From Octopus sinensis (taxonomy: Eukaryota), in assembly GCF_006345805.1 (NCBI RefSeq), contig NW_021835679.1:1-25397 (forward strand): 25,397 nt of DNA, written 5' to 3'. A program made the position numbers and the translations under genes. Of the stretch, positions 1 through 9,356 are shown piece after piece. Position 1 is the stretch's first letter, and each line of letters begins with the position of its first letter. Below the pieces are notes generated by a model. The model did no database searches. It was given only the letters and a program-made list of their open reading frames with translations, and had not been told where the DNA came from.

Positions 1-340
1 TCATCGTCGTTATCATCACGTCATCATCATCATCATCATCGTCTCATCATCAGCATCATCATCATCATGACCGTCCTCGCCATCGGGAACATTCTCATCC
101 TCCATCTTAATCATCACCGTAATCATTACCATCACCATCACCACCACTACGACTACCACCACCACCACCATCACCACTACAACCTCCACCCACCCCGCTC
201 CACCACAACCAGCCCGGCCACCATCACCACCACTACCACCACCACCACCACCACCACCACCACCACCATCACCACGATAACCCACCCACCCCCCCCCGCT
301 CCACCGCAACCAGCACAATCACCACCATCACCTTCATCAC
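1..340. repeat. (CAT)n/(CAC)n trinucleotide microsatellite
   Basis: Degenerate CAT then CAC/ACC repeats; explains the poly-H/T/V ORFs. Confidence 0.95.
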
Positions 341-930
341 TACCACTATTCTTCTCTTCTTACTCCTCATCATTTCGTTTCCGGAAAATAAGCATGTAAT
401 TTAGAGAAATCTAGAATCCGGATTGATCTGTATATTTACGTACATATTTATTCGCCCATTTACTTATTTATTCCTTCAAATATTTATTTATAAATGGTCG
501 CCATTTTTATTTCCAAGAATTCTTCAATGTCGGTGGCTCAGTTGCTTCGGCTGTTTTTCGCTTGACTGATACAGGACGTTTTATTTATTTCCATTTTTTA
601 AAAATTTTCTGGTGGTTTTTTTTTTTTTTTTTGTGCTGTAAGGAATCATTCATTGCATGTCGCGTGCATGGGTGTTTAGCTTTGTATTTTTTTTGGTGTT
701 GTTGTTGTATTTTTGTAAAATGGTGTAGAAATATGCGCAGAGGAGAATGTAAATGTCGTGGTGGTATGTTGGTGGTGGTGGTGGTGAAGGGGGTGGATAC
801 AAAATTAATTTGGAGCTTTCGAAAACGAACTGCGAAATGATGTTTAATTAGTAGAAGAAATCAAGGAGAAATAGATTTAGAAATTGAGAAAAGGAAACAA
901 AAATTCCTTAAATTATATAAGAGTAAACTG

Positions 931-981
931 CATTATATATATATATATGCATATGTATAATATATATATATAATATATATT

Positions 982-1025
<44 letters not shown>

Positions 1026-1095
1026 ATATATATATATTGTATATTATATGCATATGTATATATATATATATGTATATGTATATATATATATGTAT
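931..1095. repeat. (TA)n microsatellite, left flank of the ribozyme-bearing unit
   Basis: Near-pure TA dinucleotide run. Confidence 0.95.
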
Positions 1096-1155
1096 GCCGC
1101 TGGTGGCAAAAAAACTTCTACCAAATTTTGTGCCACCCTATATTGATTAATTATG
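1096..1155 (+). repeat. Left direct repeat (~60 bp) containing a GGTGGCA/TGCCACC hairpin
   Basis: GCCGCTGGTGGCAAAAAAACTTCTACCAAATTTTGTGCCACCCTATATTGATTAATTATG recurs at 1576-1640 with a small insertion and a few substitutions. Confidence 0.95.
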
Positions 1156-1302
1156 AATTTTCTGGTTAATTTCGTAATGGAATCGACGGTTATATTTATT
1201 TGCTGCCGATAATTGGCGCGAGTGCGATGATTTGAAAATTTTAGGTCAGATATTGCCTTGGCAGGGTCGGAAATGCCTCGTGAAAAATCTGTCCGACTTT
1301 GG

Positions 1303-1410
1303 CTATTTCTGACTGAAGAATCTGAGGGCCTATGAAGATGGCTTGATTTAATTTAATCAGGTAGTTTACCATTAAACAGCAGATGAAACGGTGCATCGTA
1401 TAAGAATTAC
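1303..1410 (+). ncRNA. Type I hammerhead ribozyme, canonical core
   Basis: CUGAAGA 1313-1319; stem II AUCUG 1320-1324 / CAGAU 1380-1384; GAAAC 1385-1389; helix III A1388-U1399, C1389-G1398, G1390-C1397, G1391-U1396 with loop UGCA; GUA triplet 1398-1400; helix I 1304-1312 / 1401-1409 with 7 of 9 positions paired. Confidence 0.8.
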
Positions 1411-1575
1411 AGGGTAATGTTTTTTTAATTTTCTCCTGGTTTACGGAATTGATTTTTATTTGCGGTTGAAGCTTTGGCTGTTATTTCTAGTGGGTGAATG
1501 GCCTATTATGGCCGTTCCTTGATTGTTGATGTTGAACTTAAAAATGGTCTTTGACTATTTATTTTTTCCCACTAG

Positions 1576-1636
1576 GCCGCTGGTGGCAAAAAAATTCTAA
1601 TTCTACAAAATTTTGTGCCACACTATATTGATTAAT

Positions 1637-1640
<4 letters not shown>
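1576..1640 (+). repeat. Right direct repeat
   Basis: Second copy of 1096-1155; starts immediately after ...TTTTTTCCCACTAG. Confidence 0.95.
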
Positions 1641-1674
<34 letters not shown>

Positions 1675-1698
1675 TATATATATATATATTATATTATA

Positions 1699-1754
<56 letters not shown>

Positions 1755-1850
1755 GTATTATATATATATTATGTGAGTATATATATACATATGTGTATAT
1801 ATATATATATGTGTGTATATATGTATGTATGTATATATACTTATGCATAT
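1641..1850. repeat. (TA)n/(TATG)n microsatellite
   Basis: Dinucleotide run. Confidence 0.95.
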
Positions 1851-2057
1851 GTTGTTGCTAGATATTCGTGAAGACCGCAGGATAAACTTTAGTTCCTCTA
1901 AACGAAGCAATTATTGATTCACTGTGTTCTACAACTTACTAGAAAGTAATTGAGGATATGAGCAATGTCTAAGTATAATATATAAGTCCTGGAAAAAGAT
2001 GCAGTAATATACAAATATGAAGGAAGTATGTGCGTATCAAAGTTATGATAGGCCTTC

Positions 2058-2135
2058 CGGGACATCAAGATGCTTCTGAGAATCAAACTGACGACCTTAC
2101 GTTCGTGAGCCGAATACCCTGACCAATAAACTACA
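2058..2135 (-). mobile_element. SINE family C, degraded tRNA-like head
   Basis: Reverse complement GTAGTTTATTGGTCAGGGTATTCGGCTCACGAACGTAAGGTCGTCAGTTTGATTC matches the head at 20236. Confidence 0.65.
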
Positions 2136-2454
2136 TACCTTATATGTAGATAGCATATCAATATGTGCACCATATGTACAAACTTATACGAATCTGTGCG
2201 TGGTTGCATTCGCGTGTCTACACAAACTCTATGTATGTAGACGCACATATATACTCATATATACATATATATATATATATATATTTATGGTAACAAACAC
2301 ACACACACACACATACATATATACGTATACATATGAGTTAAAACGTAAATATGAGCCTGCGCGTAAATTTATATGAGTGCACATACATAAAGACCGTATA
2401 CGAAATGGGAGATGTAGAGGTAGTGAGAGAAGAGCAGAAATCTTTATATTTATG

Positions 2455-2521
2455 GATAGAGAGACAAATATATAGATAGATAGATAGATTGATAGATAGA
2501 TATATATAGATAGATAGATAT

Positions 2522-2568
<47 letters not shown>

Positions 2569-2595
2569 TATAGATAGATAGATAGATAGACAGAC

Positions 2596-2631
<36 letters not shown>

Positions 2632-2651
2632 AGAGAGAGAGAGAGAGAGAG

Positions 2652-2722
<71 letters not shown>

Positions 2723-2781
2723 TAGATAGACAGACAGATATATATATATATATATATATATAAAGAGAGAGAGAGAGAGAT

Positions 2782-2863
<82 letters not shown>
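2455..2863. repeat. Compound (GATA)n/(TA)n/(GA)n microsatellite with an internal block duplication
   Basis: The GACAGACAGA-(TA)n-AA-(GA)n block occurs twice. Confidence 0.95.
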
Positions 2864-2865
<2 letters not shown>

Positions 2866-2868
2866 GTG

Positions 2869-2995
2869 TCTTTATTGGCCACACAGGGCTGCACACAGAT
2901 GGGACAAGTTACAAGGTAGAGCTTTTCTTTTGGGGGATGAAGAAAAAAAAAGGGGGTGGCGTAATTTTTCGATCAAGAGGGATCGTAAAAGGGAA
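2869..2995 (-). mobile_element. 3' terminal fragment of a non-LTR retroelement (possibly L1/Tx1-like)
   Basis: Minus strand ends ...TGTGTGGCCAATAAAGA (AATAAA) running into (ATCT)n. The last 39 nt match the SINE-A tail but the upstream sequence differs. Clade assignment is inference. Confidence 0.5.
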
Positions 2996-3060
2996 GAAAA
3001 GAACAAAAAAAGTAAATAAATAAATAAAATAAAAAATAAAAAGAATAAAAATAAAAAAAG

Positions 3061-3099
3061 ATAGATAGATAGATAGATAGATGGATGGATGGATGGATG

Positions 3100-3180
<81 letters not shown>

Positions 3181-3270
3181 ACAGACAGATAGATATATGA
3201 ATAGAGAGAGAGAGAGAGAATGAGAAAGAGGAGAGGTAGAGAGAGAGAGATTGAGATTAATAGATAGATA
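3061..3270. repeat. (GATA)n/(GGAT)n/(GA)n microsatellite
   Basis: Tetra- and dinucleotide runs. Confidence 0.95.
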
Positions 3271-3759
3271 GATGGTAGATATGAAATAAAGCCACGTGAT
3301 TCTAGTAGAACATCGAGGTGTGGCTTAATCGATAATCTTAAAAGAACCAATAACTCCATCATAGTTAATTATGTCAATTGCCACTTACGTGAAACATCCA
3401 GAAACATTCTCATAACAGCAGCAACAGCAACAGCAAGAGCAACAACAACAACAATAATAAAAGCACATTATCAGGTTCACTACGTGTAATTCTCATCTAT
3501 TCACGTGTTGCATCTCTGGATTTTTCCTTTCGTATTATTTTTTCTTTTTGTTTTTTTTTTTTTTGGTTTCCATAATTTACACCTCTCCCTTCCACTCTTG
3601 CTTGTTGGATCTCCTTCCTCTTCGACGCTCACAAGCTCCGCTCTTTCGTCTTTCTCCCCCAATACAATATTCATCTGCGCACCCACCCCACCCACCCACT
3701 GTTTTTTTATCATCGATATCGTCGGTGTGGTGAAGACATTCAGCGCGCCATCCTCGACC

Positions 3760-4021
3760 TCGTCGTCTTCGTCGTTGTCGACACCGTCGTTATCACCATC
3801 ATCATCACCATCATCCTCCTCCTCCTCCTCCTCCTCCTCATCATCATCATCATCACCACCACCACCATCATCATGATCATGATTATCATTACCAACTTCA
3901 TCACCACCATCATCATTATCGTCATCACCATCACCTCCATCACCACCTCCATCACCACCTCCATCATCATAATCATCATGATTATCCTCATGACCATCAT
4001 CATCACAGTTACAATCATCCC

Positions 4022-4061
<40 letters not shown>

Positions 4062-4123
4062 GTCATCATCATTATCATCATCATCATCGTCATCATGACT
4101 ATCATCATCCTCATACCATCATC

Positions 4124-4156
<33 letters not shown>

Positions 4157-4300
4157 TCATCATCATCATGACTATCATCATCCTCATACCATCATCATCA
4201 TCACCATCAACATCATCATCATCATCGTCATCATCATTATCATCATCATCATCGTCATAATCATCGTCATCATCATCGTCAATTTGCGACAGCTGCGCAT
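3760..4300. repeat. (CAT)n-type microsatellite with internal block duplication
   Basis: CATGACTATCATCATCCTCATACCATC occurs twice (about 4093 and 4166). Confidence 0.95.
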
Positions 4301-4322
4301 CATCACCTTTACGATCATGATT

Positions 4323-4541
4323 CTTTTGTACTCTAGGTACAAGGCTCGAAAGTTTTGGGGAGGAGGCCAGGCCAGTCAATTAGATCGACCCCATTACGGA
4401 ACTGGTAATTATTTAATCGACCCCGAAAGGATGAAAGTCAAAGTCGACCTCGGCGGAATTTGAACTCAGAACATAAAGACAGACGAAATACCGATAAGTA
4501 TTTCGCCCGGTGTGCTAACGTTTCAGCCAACTCGCCGCCTT
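4323..4541 (-). mobile_element. tRNA-derived SINE family A, monomer with the alternative tail (tail-2)
   Basis: Minus strand has an A-box-like head GGCGAGTTGGCTGAAACGTTAGC, B box GAGTTCAAATTCC, central GTCGACTTTGACTTTCATCCTTTCGGGGTCGA and tail ...GAGCCTTGTACCTAGAG. Imperfect TSD ACGATCATGATT/ACGATTATGGTT. Confidence 0.9.
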
Positions 4542-4633
4542 CATAACGATTATGGTTATGATATAGATGACGTTGATTTTGAAGAAGACGGTTACGCGGG
4601 TGATGATGATGATGATGATGATGATACAGAAGA

Positions 4634-4676
4634 GAACCGTGTGGTTGGGAAGCGAACTTCTTACCACACAGCTACG
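4634..4676 (-). mobile_element. SINE family B head fragment
   Basis: Reverse complement CGTAGCTGTGTGGTAAGAAGTTCGCTTCCCAACCACACGGTTC matches the head at 11503. Confidence 0.7.
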
Positions 4677-4721
4677 TTTGTGTGTATGTGTGTGTATATA
4701 TATTAAATAAAGCCACGTGAT

Positions 4722-4915
4722 TCTACTCGCCACGATAGATTGCTAGCCACTACACACATTTTTTTCTCTCCTTGTTTTCTGTGTCCCTGTCTGTAGAAGA
4801 GCGTAGGCTTGAAACGTAAAAGACTTTTTCTATTCCTGAGCATTATACTAATACATCTGTTTGTTTTGTACACCACCTGTCTTCGTCTTTTGTTGTTTTT
4901 TCGTAAACTCTCCCT
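4722..4915 (+). mobile_element. Short Penelope-like pLTR-type non-autonomous element (family 2)
   Basis: Contains a hammerhead-like motif; shares GAAGAGC...GCTYGAAACGT and TTCCTGAGC..TAATAC with the element at 24131-24339; ends in (TA)n. Confidence 0.55.
4783..4824 (+). ncRNA. Degenerate minimal hammerhead-like motif (A6U core variant)
   Basis: CUGUAGA-A-GAGC-GUAG-GCUU-GAAAC-GUA-AAAGAC; helix I pairs poorly in this copy. Confidence 0.4.
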
Positions 4916-5187
4916 ATATATAATATATATATATATATATATATTGAGTGTGAGTGTATATATGTGTATGTGAATGTGTGTATATATGTGTGCGTGTCAT
5001 TTTTGTAGACTCATATAGGTAGTAGACACCGTACATGTGTCTAGTCAGAGATCTTCGAGTGACTCACCACACATGCGCACTATCGTGCATGACAACACAT
5101 CTCACAACGACCTCTTCACAGAATAATAACTGAAAAAACACGTCACAAAGCTCTCCTCTCTTTTCTTTCTTGATCTTGCCTTATGTA

Positions 5188-5920
5188 CAGGGTGATTGGA
5201 AAGTAACTCCCTATTTTAAAATGCTTATAATTTATTTATTAACTATAATTTTTTCTCAAATTTGTTGTGTATGTTCTTTAATGTATGGGAATTGATTCCA
5301 TGTTGTGTTTTTGTTTTTTTCAGATTGATTATTTTGTTTGAAATTTAGAAGCCCTACAAACATGGCTGGGTGTTTTACTGTGCAGGAGGGTGCCCAGCTA
5401 GCTGCACATTACGAAGTTTGGAGATCAGTTGTTCAAGTGCAAAGATTGCAGAGGACCATTAGAGGAAGACATGCTCAAGTTGACACAAAGATAATCAAGA
5501 ATTGTCATGCAAAATTCATAACTACAGGATTTGTAGCTGGTACTTGAAGTGGTCGTCCTTCTAATTCATCAAGGTCCGCATGACTGGCTAGCCAGAAGCC
5601 CTGATTTAACACCCTGCAACTGTTTTCTTTTGGGTTGGTTAAAGGAAGAAGTCTTCCCTACCAAACCAATGACTTTGGAAGGAATTGAAGGGTGAATACG
5701 AGAAGTTATGTCTTTCATTCCACAAGAGTTCCTGATGAAATCAGTTGATGTGGTTCCCAGGTGGTTTCAGAAGCTGGTGGTGAATGCTGATGCCTATATT
5801 AAATCTTAAATAAAATTTCATGCTACACACTTTCTTTACATATTCGTTTTTCCTAAAAATTATAGTTAATAAATAAACTATAAGTATTTTAAAATAGGGA
5901 GTTACTTTTCAATCACCCTG
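5188..5920 (+). mobile_element. Internally deleted Tc1/mariner (DD37D/maT-like) DNA transposon
   Basis: ~65-bp TIRs starting CAGGGTGATTG (5188-5252 and 5856-5920, 3 mismatches), TA TSDs at 5186-5187 and 5921-5922, and transposase remnants inside. Confidence 0.95.
5362..5809 (+). pseudogene. Transposase remnant: N-terminal HTH region fused to the C-terminal catalytic tail
   Basis: MAGCFTVQEG...KFITTGFVAGT*SGRP, then a deletion junction near 5572, then GPHDWLARSPDLTPCNCFLLGWLKEEVFPTKP...NADAYIKS* (WPxRSPDLxPxDFFLWG motif). In-frame stops; the central DD region is missing. Confidence 0.9.
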
Positions 5921-6189
5921 TATATGTTGTGTGGAAGTAGAACATCCCTACTCGTTGGCTCCTAATGGACTGTGCCACAATATAAATGGACATGCGCAGA
6001 AAGTGTAAGGGAGTCTTGAGATGTGTAAAGCCGAGGGTTATTACAAGTATTATATATCATGAGTTGAACGATTTGCGATGATGTTAGTATCCCGTTATAT
6101 CGTACGTCAGACGAGTGATACAACAATATACCACCTCCTCTTCATCCTTCCCTATCTCCTCGATTTTCTTTTTCGTTTTCTCTATTTGT

Positions 6190-6235
6190 TGTCGATGTTG
6201 TTGTTGTGTTGTTGATGTTGCTGTTGATGTTGGTC

Positions 6236-6282
<47 letters not shown>

Positions 6283-6305
6283 GTTATTATTATTATTATC
6301 ATTAT
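6190..6305. repeat. (GTT)n/(ATT)n microsatellite
   Basis: Trinucleotide runs. Confidence 0.95.
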
Positions 6306-6563
6306 TTGATTCGTAGACTAAAAATTTCTCCAGAACCAAACTGCGAAGATACAAGAATATTGTTTCTTCCTTGAGGCAATATTTGGTCTGCAATAAACAA
6401 ACGGAATCGCTAACAAAACAAATAAAATGACCAAAAAAAAAAGGAAAAGAAAACAGATAAAAACCACAACGAGTGAAGATTTCTGAAGAAAAAAACAGTT
6501 TTTCTTAATTCCTTTGAGATGACATATTGGAAAATTCTACTTGTCTCTTTTGCTGTTGTTTTT

Positions 6564-7072
6564 CGTCATCGTCATCACTGCCGTCGTCATCATCGTCATT
6601 GTTGTAGTCGTCATCATCATCGCCGCCATCATCATTGTCGTCGTCATCGTCATCATCGCTATCATCATCATCCTCATCATCATATTCCTCATCACATCGC
6701 CATCATCTTTGAGTCGTCATCATCATCATCATTTTCATCTTCATTTTCATCGTCCTCATCATTATCATCATTATCAATATCATGATAATCATCATCGTTA
6801 TCGTCATCATCACCATCATTATCATCATCATTGTCGTCGTCATCGTCATCATCGCTCTCATCATCTTCCTCATCATCCTCATCATCATATTTATCGTCAC
6901 CATCGCCATCATCTTTGAGTCGTCATCATCATCATTTTCATCTTCATCGTCATCATTATTATCATTATCAATATCATGATCATCATTGTCATCGTTATCG
7001 CTGTCGTCACAATCATTATCATCATCATCGTTGTCGCCGTCGTCATCATCATCGCATCTTCATCATGATCGT
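6564..7072. repeat. (CAT/CGT)n microsatellite with a ~206-bp higher-order duplication
   Basis: CCATCATCTTTGAGTCGTCATC anchor at about 6701 and 6907. Confidence 0.9.
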
Positions 7073-7412
7073 CATTGCTTCAGTGTATAGCAATCTTTAA
7101 CCGGTAGTCACCAATCGGAATCGTTCTGTATCAAACGTTTGCTCTTTTCCTCATGTCCTGTATGCTTTCAATCTCCAACACCAATTGTTCCAGTAGCTTA
7201 AGGCGCTTAGTGACATTTCATTCGGACAAGGGAGATAATTGTCGGCATCCACAATCGACATCATCGTGATTATATCCAAAATCGTCGACATCACCCGCAA
7301 AAAAAATTCGTGGTGGCAAAAGGAGCGTGCTTTAATCAATACAGACCAGTGGCCCAACAATTCAGGTAAAGGGGGCTCTGGGTAGAGAGTACCTTTGGTG
7401 TCTAGCAGGTTA

Positions 7413-7539
7413 TTGTGTATGTTCTTTAATGTATGGGAATTGATACAAAGATAATCAAGAATTACCATGCAAAATTCATGACTACAGGATTTGTAGCTGG
7501 TACTTGAAGTGTTCGTCCTTCCAATTCATCAAGGCCCAC
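7413..7539 (+). mobile_element. Second fragment of the same mariner derivative, with an extra internal deletion
   Basis: Joins the equivalents of ~5265-5295 and ~5484-5580; keeps the GGTACTTGA stop and the TTCATCAAGG junction. Confidence 0.85.
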
Positions 7540-7718
7540 GAGGTACCAATGACTCTCATTCACCCGCTAAATTTCTTGTGTTGTCTCCAAGTGCCACATG
7601 CCAGTAATCTGCCTTAGCTGGTAGTATGAACCACAAGAGAGGATGGTGTTGGCACTGCACGATTGGATAAGCGGAGATGCTGTGGAAACGCCCAGGAACC
7701 AGACTGGAGTATATTATA

Positions 7719-8134
7719 GAAGGTGGCGAGCTGGCAGAATCGTTAGTACGCCGGGCGAAATGCTTAGCAGTATTTCGTCTGCCGTTACGTTCTGAGTTCG
7801 AATTCCGCCGAGGTCGACTTTGCCTTTCATCCATTCGGGGTCGATAGATTAAGTACCAGTTACGCACTGGGGTCGATGTAATCGACTTAATCCGTGTATC
7901 TGTCCATGTTTGTCCCCTCTATGTTTAGACCCTTGTGGATAATAAAGAAATAGGTATTTCATCTGCCGTTGCATTCTGAGTTCAAATTCCGCTGAGGTCG
8001 ACTTTGCCTTTCATCCTCTCGGGGTAGATAAATTAAGTACCAGTTAGGCACTGGGGTCGATGTAATCGACTTAATCCGCGTGTCTGTCCTTTTTTGTCTC
8101 CTCTGTGTTTAGCCCCTTCTGGGCAGTAAAGAAA
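7719..8134 (+). mobile_element. SINE family A tandem dimer (184-bp repeat unit)
   Basis: Head plus two units; exact 14-bp TSD TGGAGTATATTATA at 7705-7718 and 8135-8148. Confidence 0.95.
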
Positions 8135-8645
8135 TGGAGTATATTATAAAGTTCAACGACCAGGTGTCCTAGACTAAAGACCATCCACACTATATATTGT
8201 GGATCTTGTTTAGCACTCAGCAGGTACAGCTCCGCTTGCCAATCTCATTTTTAAATGTATGTGGTTGAGCTTCAGGTTAGCACCGTATCCCCGGTAAATC
8301 CTTAAGCCACGAAAACATTTCAGTGCAACATCATCGCAGATGTTAGGGTAGAGGATCACCTGGATGATGTCAGAGGTCTGCTGACCGACCCTGCTGGAGT
8401 AATTTGAATGCTTCCTATATCGTCCGATGAAGACGAACGTAAGTTTAGGTAGAAAATCTCGGAACTAGGTAGGCTAAGTCCACGCTTGCAATCACCATAC
8501 GCTGATGGATCGACGACCTTTTAAGGTGCTTGTGATATGTTTCGGGTCAGATTCTAGTTGAATGGGTTGAGGTACGAGTTTATAAATAGCGCAGTTAATT
8601 TCATTAAGGAATGAAATGTCGAGAAATATGGTGTAACATTAATGT

Positions 8646-9049
8646 CGGTTTCAAATTTTGGCACAAGTCCAGCAGTTTTGGTGAAGTGTCTAAGTTGATT
8701 ACACCAATCCCGGTGCTCAACTGGTACTTATTTAATCGACCCCGAAAGGATGAAAGGCAACGTCGACCTCGACGAAATTTGAACTCAGAACGTAGCGGCA
8801 GACGAAATACCTATTTCTTTACTACCCACAAAGGGCTAAACATAAAGAGGACAAACAAGGACAGACAAACGGATTAAGTCGATTATATCGACCCCAGTGT
8901 GTAACTGGTACTTATTTTATCGATCCCTAAAAAGATGAAAGGCAAAGTTGACCCTGACGGTATTTGAACTCAGAATGTAAAGTCAGAAGAACTGCTGCTA
9001 AGCATTTTGCCCAGGATGCTAGCGATTCTGCCAGATCGCCACCTTATGA
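8646..9049 (-). mobile_element. SINE family A heterodimer (tail-1 unit followed by tail-2 unit)
   Basis: Same internal AAAGAAATAGGTATTTCG junction (minus strand); ends in ...CTTGTGCCAAAATTTGAAACC; TSD TGTAACA(C)TTAATGT at 8632-8645 and 9050-9064. Confidence 0.9.
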
Positions 9050-9125
9050 TGTAACACTTAATGTTGAGAAATGACGACGGAATACGTCGTCTTCGTTATA
9101 ATCAAGACTTCTTATGAGTAACAAA

Positions 9126-9273
9126 GCAGTGAGCTAGCAGAATCGTGAGCTTGCCGAAAAATGCTTACATAAATTTATTTCATTTATTTCTGTCCGACTT
9201 TACGTTGTGATTACAAATTCCGCCATGGTCCACTTTGCTTTTCTCGTCCTTTTGGGCTCGATACAATAAGTAC
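9126..9273 (+). mobile_element. Degraded SINE family A, 5' part
   Basis: GAGCTAGCAGAATCGTGAGC...ACAAATTCCGCCATGGTCCACTTTGC...GATACAATAAGTAC. Confidence 0.75.
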
Positions 9274-9281
9274 ACACTCTC

Positions 9282-9355
<74 letters not shown>

Positions 9356-9356
9356 A

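Larger units (their letters stand above)
1096..1640 (+). mobile_element. Non-autonomous Penelope-like pLTR / non-LTR retrozyme-like unit (480-bp period, ~1.13 monomers)
   Basis: Direct repeats at 1096-1155 and 1576-1640, an internal type I hammerhead, a GT-AG intron-like segment, no ORF, and (TA)n on both sides. Confidence 0.65.
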
